Positions 38,362 through 48,255 of a DNA stretch of 64,000 nucleotides are shown in pieces. The DNA lies in the NCBI GenBank assembly GCA_964402715.1, contig CAYODJ010000007.1:1-64000 (forward strand), given 5' to 3'. The translations under genes were made by a program, and so were the position numbers. The notes beneath the pieces were generated by a model. That model did no database searches. It was not told where the DNA came from and saw only the letters and a list, made by a program, of their open reading frames with translations. The DNA is from an uncultured Victivallaceae bacterium. Lineage in GTDB: Bacteria; Verrucomicrobiota; Lentisphaeria; Victivallales; Victivallaceae. Numbering within the stretch: the first letter of the stretch is position 1; each line of letters opens with the position of its first letter.

Positions 38362-39459
38362 ATGACCCAGAAGAAACTCAGAAACATCTGCGAACAGTTC
38401 AAGATCTATGGAGACTACGTGGTGTCGGTTCCGTTCGGGACCGGGCATATCAACGACACCTATCAGGTCACCTATGATCAGGGCGGCGTCCGGCTGCACT
38501 ACACTCTTCAGCGCATCAATCAGAACGTCTTCCATCATCCCGTGCAGGTGATGGAGAACATCGACAGAGTCACCCAGCACGTGCTGCGCAAGATCCGGGC
38601 CAGCGGGCAGAACACGCGGAAGCGCACCATCCGGCTGCTGGAGTCCAGGGCGGGGCTGCCCTATGTCCAGGATTCCGACGGGGAGTACTGGCGGATGTAC
38701 ATCTTCATCGAGAACGCGCGCACGTACGACGTGCTCGAAAGCGCCGATCAGGCGTATCAGGCGGCCCGCACTTTCGGGATATTCCAGCTGGATCTCGTCG
38801 ATCTCCCCGGGCCGCGTCTGCACGAGACGATCATCGATTTCCACAACACTCCCAAGCGGATCGAAACGCTGAAGAAAGTCGTCGCCGCGGATCCCTGCGG
38901 CCGGGTGAAGTCGGTGCACCGCGAGATTGATTTCGCGCTCTCCCGCAGCGACGAGGCGGGACTGCTGCTGCGGCTCAACGCCGAGGGTCTGATTCCGGAA
39001 CGGATCACCCACAACGACACGAAGCTGAACAACGTGCTCGTCGACGACGTCTCGGGGCAGGGAATCTGCGTGATCGACCTGGACACGGTCATGCCCGGAC
39101 TGGCGAACTACGACTTCGGCGACATGGTGCGCTCGGGCACCAGTCCCGTCGCCGAGGACGAGCGCAATCTCGAGCTGGTCACCATGCAGTTTCCGATGTT
39201 CGAGGCTCTGCTGCGGGGCTACATGTCGACTGCGGGAAAGTTTCTGCTCCCCGAGGAGCGGGAGCAGCTGCCTTTCTCCGGAAAGCTCGTCGCGCTGGAG
39301 CTGGGGGTGAGGTTCCTCACCGACTATCTGGAGGGGGATGTCTATTTCAAGACGGATCGCGACAATCATAATCTGGATCGCTGCCGGACACAGTTCAAAC
39401 TGATGGAGTCCATGGAGGCGCAGTTCGATAAGATGCACGCCCTGCTGAGATCTCTCTAG
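38362..39459 (+). CDS. N-acetylhexosamine 1-kinase-like phosphotransferase (APH family, NahK/AmgK-like)
   Basis: FGTGHINDTY, ITHNDTKLNNVLVD, IDLDTVMPG and LPFSGKLVALELGVRFLTDYLEGDVYF blocks closely resemble anomeric HexNAc kinases as I recall them. Confidence 0.6.
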   Translation: MTQKKLRNICEQFKIYGDYVVSVPFGTGHINDTYQVTYDQGGVRLHYTLQRINQNVFHHPVQVMENIDRVTQHVLRKIRASGQNTRKRTIRLLESRAGLPYVQDSDGEYWRMYIFIENARTYDVLESADQAYQAARTFGIFQLDLVDLPGPRLHETIIDFHNTPKRIETLKKVVAADPCGRVKSVHREIDFALSRSDEAGLLLRLNAEGLIPERITHNDTKLNNVLVDDVSGQGICVIDLDTVMPGLANYDFGDMVRSGTSPVAEDERNLELVTMQFPMFEALLRGYMSTAGKFLLPEEREQLPFSGKLVALELGVRFLTDYLEGDVYFKTDRDNHNLDRCRTQFKLMESMEAQFDKMHALLRSL

Positions 39460-39474
39460 GGCAACGGAGGATGT

Positions 39475-40392
39475 ATGCGTGTTCTGATTACAGGAGGCGC
39501 CGGATTCATCGGCAGCCATATCGCCGAGCATTTTCAGGGGACGGCGGAGGTCCGCGTGCTGGACAATCTGCGTTCCGGATCGCAGGCCAACCTGGCCTCG
39601 ATGAAGGTCGAATTCATGCAGGGCGACGTTCGGGACAGGACGGCCGTCGCGGCGGCTGTGGACGGAGTCGACTACGTGTTCCACCTGGCCGCGATGAGCA
39701 GCGTGCCGGAGTCGATGCAGAAGATCATGGAATGCGTCGAGGTGAACGTGCAGGGGACGGTGATCGTGCTCGAGGAGGCGGCGCGCGCCGGCGTGAAGAA
39801 GCTCTGCTTCAGTTCCAGCGCGGCCGTGTACGGCGGCGGCGACGGGACGCCCAGGCGGGAGACGATGACTCCGGCTCCGAAAAGTCCCTACGCGATCACC
39901 AAGCTCGACGGGGAGTACTACTGCGGCCTGTTCACCGACTCCGGGCGTCTGCGGACGGTCTGTCTCCGTTATTTCAACGTCTTCGGCCCGAGGCAGAATC
40001 CCGGCAGCAGCTACGCCGCGGCGATCCCGATTTTCGCGTCGAACGCCGCCGCCGGGAGGCCGATCGAGATCTACGGAGACGGCGAGCAGACGCGGGATTT
40101 CATCTATGTGAAGGACGTCGCGGCGGCCAACGCCTTTTTCGCCATGAACGAGCGCACCGGAGTGTACAACGTCGGATACGGCGGCGGGACGTCCGTCAAC
40201 AGTCTGCTGTGCGAGGTGCTGCGGCTTACGGGATCCGGTTCGCGGGTGTCGTATCTGCCGGAACGCGCGGGGGACATCCGCTTCTCCACCGCGGACGTGA
40301 GCAAGCTGCGCGCGACGGGTTTCCGGACGGCGCATACGTTCGAGGACGGGTTGCGAACCACGGTCGAGTATTTCACCAGGGGAAATCGCTAG
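39475..40392 (+). CDS. NAD-dependent nucleotide-sugar epimerase/dehydratase (GalE/WbpP-like)
   Basis: ITGGAGFIGSH Rossmann motif and SDR extended-family YxxxK. Confidence 0.7.
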   Translation: MRVLITGGAGFIGSHIAEHFQGTAEVRVLDNLRSGSQANLASMKVEFMQGDVRDRTAVAAAVDGVDYVFHLAAMSSVPESMQKIMECVEVNVQGTVIVLEEAARAGVKKLCFSSSAAVYGGGDGTPRRETMTPAPKSPYAITKLDGEYYCGLFTDSGRLRTVCLRYFNVFGPRQNPGSSYAAAIPIFASNAAAGRPIEIYGDGEQTRDFIYVKDVAAANAFFAMNERTGVYNVGYGGGTSVNSLLCEVLRLTGSGSRVSYLPERAGDIRFSTADVSKLRATGFRTAHTFEDGLRTTVEYFTRGNR

Positions 40393-40446
40393 GCGTCCCC
40401 GCGCCTTTCGATCCTGCGTCAACAAACAAAAAGCAAGGTGAGGAAA

Positions 40447-41238
40447 ATGGAAGTAGTCATTCGCCCGACCACCGAATCCGCAGTCAAACTGACCGCCACA
40501 CTGATCGCCGACGCGCTCAGGGCGAAGCCGAACATCTGCCTCGGACTCGCCACGGGGCGGACCATGGAGGCCGTCTACGCCGAGCTCGCCAGGATGCACA
40601 GGCAGGAGTATCTCGACTTCTCGCTCGCGCGCTCCTTCAATCTGGACGAATACATCGGTCTCGGGCCGGACAACAAGAACTCGTACCGGTATTACATGAA
40701 CTACCACCTGTTCAACAACATCAACATCGACAAGCGCAACACATGTCTGCCCAACGGTCTGACCGACGACATCGAGCACGAGGGCGAGCGCTACGAACAG
40801 GCGATCCGGGACGCCGGCGGCATCGACATCCAGCTGCTCGGCATCGGCCGCGACGGCCACATCGGTTTCAACGAGCCGCTGTCCTCGCTGGCGTCCCGCA
40901 CCCGCGCCAAGGCGCTGACGCCGGAGACTTTCGCGCAGAATTCGCCTCTCTTCGACCGTCCGGAGGACATGCCCAAACGCGCTTTCACCATGGGGGTCGG
41001 CACCATTCTGGACGCGCGCAACATCATCATGCTGGTGACGGGCAGCGAGAAGGCGAAAATCCTGGCCGCCGCGGTGGAGGGACCGGTCACGTCCATGATT
41101 TCCGCCACGGCGCTGCAGCTGCATCCGCGGGCCGTGGTGGTGGCCGACGAGGAGGCCGGAGCCCTGCTCAAGGGGCGCGAGTATTACGACTGGATTTTCC
41201 AGAACGAGCCGAAATGGTCGGCGTACAAGAATATCTGA
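40447..41238 (+). CDS. nagB: Glucosamine-6-phosphate deaminase
   Basis: LGLATGRTM...LGIGRDGHIGFNEP motifs. ATG 40447 has a strong SD; the track's 40438 is a GTG. Confidence 0.8.
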   Translation: MEVVIRPTTESAVKLTATLIADALRAKPNICLGLATGRTMEAVYAELARMHRQEYLDFSLARSFNLDEYIGLGPDNKNSYRYYMNYHLFNNINIDKRNTCLPNGLTDDIEHEGERYEQAIRDAGGIDIQLLGIGRDGHIGFNEPLSSLASRTRAKALTPETFAQNSPLFDRPEDMPKRAFTMGVGTILDARNIIMLVTGSEKAKILAAAVEGPVTSMISATALQLHPRAVVVADEEAGALLKGREYYDWIFQNEPKWSAYKNI

Positions 41239-41366
41239 ACCGACGGCGGAAGCCGCGACGCGGAAGAGAGGATTTCACACGTCTTCTCTTCCGTTTTTTC
41301 AATCCCGTGCAGGACCGTCTCCGGTCCTGAGCGCGAACGGGGCAATCCGGAAGGATCTGGTGTTCA

Positions 41367-42782
41367 ATGAGCGACTGTGAAGTGCGTTTCGACGCGGAGG
41401 ATCTTGTCCGCGCCACAGGCGGCGCGTGGCGGCGAGGCGAGGCGACGGCCGGGCTCGTCGGTGTCTGCACGGATACGCGCCTGCCGCTCGCCGGCAGGCT
41501 GTTTCTGGCGCTGCGCGGGGAAAAATTCGACGCCCATGATTTCCTGGAGCGCGCCGTGTCGGCGGGCGCGTCCGCGCTCTGCGTCGCCGCCGGCAGGGCG
41601 GACAGAATTCCGGCGGACTGTCCCGTTCCGGTGCTGCTGGTGGGCGATACGCTGGACGCCTACAGATCCCTCGGGCGTTTCCATCGGCTGCGTTTTCCCG
41701 ATCTGCGCCTGGCCGCGGTGACCGGCAGCGTGGGCAAGACCAGCGTCAAGGAGATGCTGCGCGCGATTTTCATTGCGGCCTGCGGCGGAGACGATGAAGC
41801 GGTTCTGGGCACCGCGGGAAACACCAACAACCAGATCGGGGTGCCGCAGAATCTGCTGCGCGTCAACGGGAAGCGCCGGTTTGCGGTGATCGAGATGGGA
41901 ACCAGTCAGCCCGGGGAAATCGAGCCTCTGAGCCGCGCGGCGATGCCGGAATGCGCGGTGATCAGCGCGATCGCGCCGTGCCATCTCGAACATCTGGGGT
42001 CGCTGGAGGGCGTGGCCCGTGAGAAGGCGCACGTGTTCGACGGCGTTCTCCCCGGCGGGACGGCGGTGTTCCCCGCGATCTGTCCCGGAAAGGAAATTCT
42101 GCAGGAACGCGCGAAGGAGCTGCATGTCTGCCGGTTCGGACGGCAGGGTTCCGGAGCCGACGTGACATGGGAATACATGGAGGGGAATCTGTCCGGCAGC
42201 AGATTCCGGCTGCACATGGAGGGTCGGTGCAGGGAGATCCGCTGGAGTCTGTCCGGCGAACATCAGGCGCAGAACGCCGCGGCGGCCGCGGCGGCCGCGC
42301 TGGCGATGGGCATCTCCGCCGACGACGTCGCCGCAGGCCTGGCGGGAACGGCGCTGCCGGGCATGCGCATGGCGCGCAGGGAGACGGGCGGGGTGGTGTA
42401 TGTGAACGACGCGTACAACGCCAGTCCCGCGAGCATGGTCGCCGCACTGAGGCAGATGGCGGAGAGCGTGCCCTCGCGCCGGCTGGTCCTGGTCCTGGGG
42501 GACATGCTGGAGCTGGGCGCAGCGGAGGCGTCGGAGCACAGGAGGATCCTGGAGATGGCGGGGGATCTGCTGCCGGAGGCCCGCGTTCTCGCGGTCGGAC
42601 CGCGCTTCGCCGACGCCGCGGCGGCGGAGGGTCGGCCGGACGTCGTCCGTGCGGACGACAGCGTCTCCGCGGCGGCCGTCCTGGCGGGGATTGTGCGTCC
42701 GGGGGATGTGGTTTTTCTGAAGGGATCCCGCGGCATGGCCATGGAAAAAGCGCTCCCGGACGAATGCCGCGACGTTCATTGA
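41367..42782 (+). CDS. murF: UDP-N-acetylmuramoyl-tripeptide--D-alanyl-D-alanine ligase
   Basis: Mur ligase P-loop TGSVGKTSVKEM and overall three-domain architecture; 471 aa. Confidence 0.8.
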   Translation: MSDCEVRFDAEDLVRATGGAWRRGEATAGLVGVCTDTRLPLAGRLFLALRGEKFDAHDFLERAVSAGASALCVAAGRADRIPADCPVPVLLVGDTLDAYRSLGRFHRLRFPDLRLAAVTGSVGKTSVKEMLRAIFIAACGGDDEAVLGTAGNTNNQIGVPQNLLRVNGKRRFAVIEMGTSQPGEIEPLSRAAMPECAVISAIAPCHLEHLGSLEGVAREKAHVFDGVLPGGTAVFPAICPGKEILQERAKELHVCRFGRQGSGADVTWEYMEGNLSGSRFRLHMEGRCREIRWSLSGEHQAQNAAAAAAAALAMGISADDVAAGLAGTALPGMRMARRETGGVVYVNDAYNASPASMVAALRQMAESVPSRRLVLVLGDMLELGAAEASEHRRILEMAGDLLPEARVLAVGPRFADAAAAEGRPDVVRADDSVSAAAVLAGIVRPGDVVFLKGSRGMAMEKALPDECRDVH

Positions 42783-42977
42783 TCCGGGGCGTGACGCCGG
42801 CCGCCGTCCGGGCGCGAGCGTTCACGCCGGCGGCGGCGGAGTCCGTCCGCCGGGGTCGGCGCGTCCCTCCTGAGGTTGACAGCCCGTGAAGAGATGCTAT
42901 GGTAAGTCGGGGGATCCGGGAGTCTGCGAGACGCCGGACTCCGGCGGCGGACATTCAATGAAGAGGGATGTGGTTCT

Positions 42978-43748
42978 ATGGAGCTGATACGCAGGAGTCT
43001 GTTGATCCTGAACCGTCCGCTTCCGGCGGCATGGCGTTCCGCCGCGCTAATCTCCGTGCTGCTTCTCGGCGTCGCGCTCAGGCTCGTCGCTCATTGTCAG
43101 GAACCGACCGTATCGCCGGACGGCACCGTCCTCATCTCGCTGGCGGAACGGTGGATTGAAACGGGACGCTATCCGTTCCACGCCTACCTGCCTTTCTATC
43201 CTTTTCTGATGAAACTGCTCATGCGCTGCGGCATGGGCGGTTACGCGGCCGGAATCTGCGTCAATCTGACCCTGGGAAGTATGATGCCTCTGATCTGCTA
43301 CGGCGTCATGCGCCAGATCGCGGTCCGCCCCGGCGTCGCACTGACGGCCGCCCTGCTGGCGGCGGTGAACCCGTCCGCGATCGAGCTGTCCGTCAACATA
43401 CAGAGAGACATGCCTTATCTGATTTTTTCCGGCGCGGCCGTTTTCTTCGGGCTGTGCGGCATGAACCGCAGGAAATGGTACTGGTGGGTGTTCTGCGGGC
43501 TGTTTCTGGCTCCGGGGATCCTCTCGCGCTACGAGGCCGCGGAGCTGCTGCCCGTGTTCCTGTTATACTTTCCGGTCGCGGCGCTGCTGGGGGAGATCTC
43601 CTGGAGGAGGGCGGCGGTCTGTCTGCTGGCGCTGTCGCTTTCCGCGGCGGTTTTCCTGAGCGGCCTAATCGTGATCCTGGACATCGGCGAGCAGACCTGC
43701 AAGGCGTACAAGATACGCGCAAAGCGTGTCCTTTACAGGAAGTGCTGA
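42978..43748 (+). CDS. Polytopic membrane protein, N-terminal part of a GT-C/PMT_2(ArnT)-like glycosyltransferase (ends at in-frame TGA)
   Basis: 6-7 TM helices with periplasmic loops. Same frame as the next ORF, separated by TGA + one codon. Confidence 0.45.
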   Translation: MELIRRSLLILNRPLPAAWRSAALISVLLLGVALRLVAHCQEPTVSPDGTVLISLAERWIETGRYPFHAYLPFYPFLMKLLMRCGMGGYAAGICVNLTLGSMMPLICYGVMRQIAVRPGVALTAALLAAVNPSAIELSVNIQRDMPYLIFSGAAVFFGLCGMNRRKWYWWVFCGLFLAPGILSRYEAAELLPVFLLYFPVAALLGEISWRRAAVCLLALSLSAAVFLSGLIVILDIGEQTCKAYKIRAKRVLYRKC

Positions 43749-43751
43749 GTT

Positions 43752-44525
43752 ATGAATACGGATTGGGCCCACTCGCTGAACCAGCTGGCGCGGATTCTCT
43801 TCGAGCCGGTCTTCGGCGTGATGATCGCCGGAATCGTCCTGGGTCTGATCGTCAACGCGCGGCGCCGGGATCGGAAGTTCTACGTCGTGCTGCTGGGAGT
43901 GGGATTCATGATTGCGTGGAGATGCTGTATCCACATGCTCTCGAAACGGTATTTTGAAATCCTGATCTACGCCGGCGTCGGACTCTCCGCCTACGGACTG
44001 TGCGTCTTCCCCTCATGGGTCTCCTGCCTGTGCGGCATATTCCTGCGGCGCCGCTGTCCCGCGGCGGTCCGGGCGATGCGGCGCTACCGGCGGCTGACGG
44101 GACGCGTCATGGTTTTCGCGCTCGTCGCGGCCTGCTGCGGGAAGATGGGATGCTACAACCGTTACGACGACACGCTTCCGCGGGGCTGCGACGCGGTCAG
44201 ACGCGACGCCGCGGAAGCCGGACGTCCGGCCGTCATCGAGCTGTGTGGCGAACGGTCGCGTCTGCACTATTATTCCGGGCTTCCGGTTCTCTCCGTCGCG
44301 GCGAACGTTCCGCGGCAGGAGCAGCGGCGACGCCTGTCGGCGCTCCTGAAGCGGGGGTATGACGCGGTCTACGTCTGCTGCAAGGAGAAGCGCGGCGAAC
44401 GGTTCACGGTGGTCGAGCCGGCTCCGGCCGTGGACGGATGGGATCTCATTTTCTCCGCCCCGTGGGACAACCGCAAGAAAGCGTATCTCAACGTCTATCG
44501 GCGCAGAGGCTCCGGAAAGAAATGA
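43752..44525 (+). CDS. Continuation or second subunit of the GT-C-like glycosyltransferase (3 TM + soluble C-terminal domain)
   Basis: Begins at ATG 4 nt after the TGA; SD AGGAAG. Its stop overlaps the next gene's ATG (ATGA). Confidence 0.45.
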   Translation: MNTDWAHSLNQLARILFEPVFGVMIAGIVLGLIVNARRRDRKFYVVLLGVGFMIAWRCCIHMLSKRYFEILIYAGVGLSAYGLCVFPSWVSCLCGIFLRRRCPAAVRAMRRYRRLTGRVMVFALVAACCGKMGCYNRYDDTLPRGCDAVRRDAAEAGRPAVIELCGERSRLHYYSGLPVLSVAANVPRQEQRRRLSALLKRGYDAVYVCCKEKRGERFTVVEPAPAVDGWDLIFSAPWDNRKKAYLNVYRRRGSGKK

Positions 44526-45967
44526 ACTCGGCAATCCGGAAACTCCTGCGCGCGGTCTTCTACACGTTCCGAATACGCGTCGTGATCCTGATGCTCGGCG
44601 ACGTCCTGTGCGCCGTGACCGTCTTCATGGCCGCCCTGTGCGCCTTCATCGTTTTCACCGGCCATGAACGCGCGGTGGAACGGGACTGCCGGCTGCTCGT
44701 ATTTCTTGCTCTCTTCATAATCTGCAACGGGTTTTTCCGGTGTTATCACGGCAGTTTCTTCTACCCGGGGATATGCCTGAGCAAAATCGAGGAGATCAGG
44801 CGGATTTCGCTGTCTGTTTTCCTGACGTACGTGGTGCTCTTCACCTATCTGGTGTTCACCATGGAGACGGACGTGCTTTTCTATTTCTGCCTGTCGGCTG
44901 GCATGTGCCTGACCGTCGTCGCGATGCCCGTCGTCCGCTTCGTCATGCGCTACTGCATGCAGTTCCTGGGCGTGGGGCAGGTCAAGGTGCTGATCGCCGG
45001 CGCGGGAGAGACCGGGAGGCTCGTCAGCAGCGAACTCGGGAACAGCTGCTATTACGGCTTCCGCGTCGTCGGATATCTGGACGACGATCCCGCCAAGCAG
45101 GGGAAGCTTCTCGACGGATATCCGATACTCGGTCCGCTCGCGGCCGCGAGGCGGATATCCCGTGAATTCCAGACCGAGTACGTGGTCTGCTGTCTTCCGA
45201 TTCATGTTCTCAGCAGGGTGTTCAGGCATTATTCGATGGTCTTCCGGCACATCATGTTCATCCCGGACAACAGGATTCTGCCGATTTCCTGGATTTACCC
45301 CGCCTCGGTCGGGCTGCTGGGCGGCTTCGAAATCCGCAATCAGCTGCTGCTGACCATGCCGCGTCTGCTGAAAAGGCTTCTGGAGCTGCTGCTGGCGGTC
45401 TTCGGCATCGTCTGTCTGCTGCCCCTGTTCGTCGTCCTGGCTCTGGCCATAAAGCTGACGAGCCCGGGGCCGGTGTTCTATTCGGCGAAGCGTCTGGGAA
45501 TCCGCGGCAGGACGATCAACGTGCTGAAGTTCCGCACGATGTACGTGGACGCAGAGCCGAAGCTGGAGCAGATTCTCGAGGAGGATCCGAAACTGAAGTC
45601 GGAGTGGTGCAGCAGCTACAAACTTCAGAACGATCCCCGCGTCACTCCCGTCGGCAGGTTTCTCCGCAAGACGTCCCTGGATGAACTTCCCCAGTTCTGG
45701 AACGTCCTGACGGGCGAGATGGCCGTCATAGGCCCTCGTCCGATTGTCAGGGACGAGATCAGATACTACGGCAAGAGCTACGAGATCAGGAAGCGCGTCA
45801 AGCCGGGCATCACCGGTCTGTGGCAGGTTTCGGGCCGCAGCGAGGTGGACTATCAGAGACGGGTCATGCTGGACATGTACTACATCATGAACTGGTCCAT
45901 CTGGATGGATTATTACATCTTCCTGAAGACTATATTCGTCGTCATCACCCGCCGGGACGCCTACTGA
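44522..45967 (+). CDS. Undecaprenyl-phosphate hexose-1-phosphate transferase (bacterial sugar transferase, WbaP/EpsB-like)
   Basis: C-terminal block LKFRTM...[21 protein letters not shown] and an N-terminal multi-TM region. Confidence 0.8.
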   Translation: MNSAIRKLLRAVFYTFRIRVVILMLGDVLCAVTVFMAALCAFIVFTGHERAVERDCRLLVFLALFIICNGFFRCYHGSFFYPGICLSKIEEIRRISLSVFLTYVVLFTYLVFTMETDVLFYFCLSAGMCLTVVAMPVVRFVMRYCMQFLGVGQVKVLIAGAGETGRLVSSELGNSCYYGFRVVGYLDDDPAKQGKLLDGYPILGPLAAARRISREFQTEYVVCCLPIHVLSRVFRHYSMVFRHIMFIPDNRILPISWIYPASVGLLGGFEIRNQLLLTMPRLLKRLLELLLAVFGIVCLLPLFVVLALAIKLTSPGPVFYSAKRLGIRGRTINVLKFRTMYVDAEPKLEQILEEDPKLKSEWCSSYKLQNDPRVTPVGRFLRKTSLDELPQFWNVLTGEMAVIGPRPIVRDEIRYYGKSYEIRKRVKPGITGLWQVSGRSEVDYQRRVMLDMYYIMNWSIWMDYYIFLKTIFVVITRRDAY

Positions 45968-46019
45968 GAAGAAGACGCGCCGTGCGCGTCCGGGCGCCGG
46001 CGGCCGGACGGCCGGGCTC

Positions 46020-47129
46020 TCAGGCGCGGCTGAAGAACACCTTGCAGTAGCCGTAGGCGATGAAGGCGACGGTGGGAGCCAGTCCCGCGATCGGCGCCGG
46101 CAGGATGTTCCCTTTCCCCAGCACCAGGAACACCTGGGCGATCACGATGTAGGCGACGATGATGATCACCGCCATGATAATCGCCATCAGGCTGCCGGAC
46201 CGTTCGTTTTTCGTCGCCAGCGGGATTCCCAGGAACACCGCCAGAAAGCAGGCCCAGGGGAACGCGAGCCGGTAGTAGAAGACGGTCATGTAGATGGCGT
46301 GCACCCGCTCCGACATGTCCGGGTTACGGGACACCAGACTCCAGATCACCCATGTGGGCAGTTCCTCCTCGTCCTTGATGGCGTTGAAGATGTCGTCGGG
46401 CGTCTCCGGCAGTTCGGCGCGCGACAGCGTCAGGACGGGGAAGTGCTTCGACTGTTTCGGCATCAGTCCGTCCTTGCTGTAGGGCGTCCAGACCGCCCTC
46501 TCGAACGTCCACCCTTTCGATTCGCTGAACACCACCCTGGCGGCGGAGATGTCCCAGTCCAGCGAACCGTCCTGGCGCATCTTCTTCAGCGTCACTCCCG
46601 AATTTTCGGCTCCGGATGAAAAGGAACGGAAGAACCAGTTGTATGTCCGGTCCGGCGAACGGTAGGTGAGCATCTTCAGATCCTCGCCGTTCTTCACGGC
46701 GGTATTGCGGATCACCATGGCTTCACGTTCCGTGTACGGAACGAGCGCCTCGTTGAAGTAGATGTTCACACCGGTCACCAGAAGTCCCATGAGCAGGATG
46801 GGGCCGCCGCAGCGGAACAGCGACACGCCGGAGGCCCGCATCGCCGTCACCTCCAGGTTCTTCCCGAACGTCGCCATGGTCCACATGCATCCGAGCAGCA
46901 TGGAGATGGGAAGCACGAAACGGATGTTGCCGGGGAGGCGCAGCAGCAGGAACGTGAAGAAGTCCCGCATCGGCGCCTCCTCGTCCAGAAAGTCGCCCAG
47001 CTCGTTGAAGACGTCCCCCAGCACGAACAGGATGACGAAAACCAGCAGCAGGACGCTGAGCTTGATCAGGAACTCCTGGAGCACGTAGAGATCCAGCGTC
47101 GGCAGCAGTCCCCAGCGGCGCGGGATCAT
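46020..47129 (-). CDS. LptF/LptG-family (YjgP/YjgQ) LPS export permease
   Basis: N-terminal LDLYVLQEF-type motif, a periplasmic beta-jellyroll region, and C-terminal TM helices. An alternative start is at 47165. Confidence 0.65.
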   Translation of the reverse strand: MIPRRWGLLPTLDLYVLQEFLIKLSVLLLVFVILFVLGDVFNELGDFLDEEAPMRDFFTFLLLRLPGNIRFVLPISMLLGCMWTMATFGKNLEVTAMRASGVSLFRCGGPILLMGLLVTGVNIYFNEALVPYTEREAMVIRNTAVKNGEDLKMLTYRSPDRTYNWFFRSFSSGAENSGVTLKKMRQDGSLDWDISAARVVFSESKGWTFERAVWTPYSKDGLMPKQSKHFPVLTLSRAELPETPDDIFNAIKDEEELPTWVIWSLVSRNPDMSERVHAIYMTVFYYRLAFPWACFLAVFLGIPLATKNERSGSLMAIIMAVIIIVAYIVIAQVFLVLGKGNILPAPIAGLAPTVAFIAYGYCKVFFSRA

Positions 47130-47420
47130 CGTCAGCGAACGGTATTTTCGTGTATTTTCATCCATGCTGCCGTGGGAGTGTTTTCGGTGATTGCGTTTTG
47201 AGAAAAATACGGAAGTGCGACCCCCATAATATACTCCGTCTGCCGCATATCACAAAGGTGCGCGATCCGGAATTCTGGAACTTCGGCCGCCGGAGCGACT
47301 CGGACGGTGCGCGCGGATCCGGCGGGAATCGCGGGACGGGCCGCTTGAAATATCGGCGGAGTGATTTAACTTACAGGCAGTCCCGGACGCCGGGCGTCAT
47401 GAAGAAAGGAGTCCCGAACC

Positions 47421-48188
47421 ATGAAAATCAGCCAGAAGAACCTTGCAGCGCAGCTTTACACCATCCGGGAATATCTCAAGACTCCCAAGGACATCGCCGA
47501 CTCCATGAGGAAAATCAAGGCCGCCGGATACGACGCGGTCCAGATTTCCGGAATGGGGCCGATCGAGACGGAGGAGCTTGCGAGGATTCTGGACGGTGAA
47601 GGCCTGGTGTGCTGCGCGTCGCACGACTCGGGCGAGCTGCTGTTCAACAGCCTCGACGAGGTCATAGACCGTCTCCACGGACTGAATTGTCCGTTCACGG
47701 CGTATCCGTACCCGCATGTCAAATGGACCTGCGAGGAGGACTGCCTCAGACTGGCCGCAGGCCTGAACGAGATCGGCGCCAGGCTCAAGGGCGAGGGGAT
47801 CACGCTGTGCTACCACAATCACAACCTCGAATTCGAGAAGTTCAACGGGAGGACCGTGCTGGACATCATCTACGCGGCATCCACCGCCGAGAACGTGAAA
47901 GGCGAGCCGGACACATACTGGGTTCAGCAGGGCGGCGCGAATCCGGTCGCGTGGATAAACAAGCTTTCGGGCCGGCTCCCGCTTCTTCATCTCAAGGACA
48001 GCGGCTACCGCGGCGGAAAACAGTGCGAGATGGAGATAGGCAGCGGCAATCTCGACTGGAAATCCATACTCGGCGCCGCCGACGAAGCCGGATGTTTATG
48101 GTACATCGTCGAGCAGGACAACAGCCCCGGTTCGCCGTTCGATTCCCTCAGGATGAGCCGCGACTATCTCGCGGAGAGATTCTTCTGA
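47421..48188 (+). CDS. Sugar phosphate isomerase/epimerase (xylose-isomerase-like TIM barrel)
   Basis: AP-endonuclease-2/TIM-barrel family pattern (AAGYDAVQISG...CYHNHNLEF...HLKD). Confidence 0.65.
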   Translation: MKISQKNLAAQLYTIREYLKTPKDIADSMRKIKAAGYDAVQISGMGPIETEELARILDGEGLVCCASHDSGELLFNSLDEVIDRLHGLNCPFTAYPYPHVKWTCEEDCLRLAAGLNEIGARLKGEGITLCYHNHNLEFEKFNGRTVLDIIYAASTAENVKGEPDTYWVQQGGANPVAWINKLSGRLPLLHLKDSGYRGGKQCEMEIGSGNLDWKSILGAADEAGCLWYIVEQDNSPGSPFDSLRMSRDYLAERFF

Positions 48189-48255
48189 CCGGCAGCGCGG
48201 ATCGTCCGCGGCTCCGGGCGGACGCCGCCGTCCCGGCGGCGTCCGGCGGGCCGGT

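Noticed and set aside
38326-41124. 932-aa minus-strand ORF
   Set aside because: Antisense to the kinase, epimerase and nagB genes, all of which have clear domain signatures on the plus strand.
41364-42779. 471-aa minus-strand ORF mirroring murF
   Set aside because: Exact antisense mirror of murF. Only murF shows Mur-ligase motifs.
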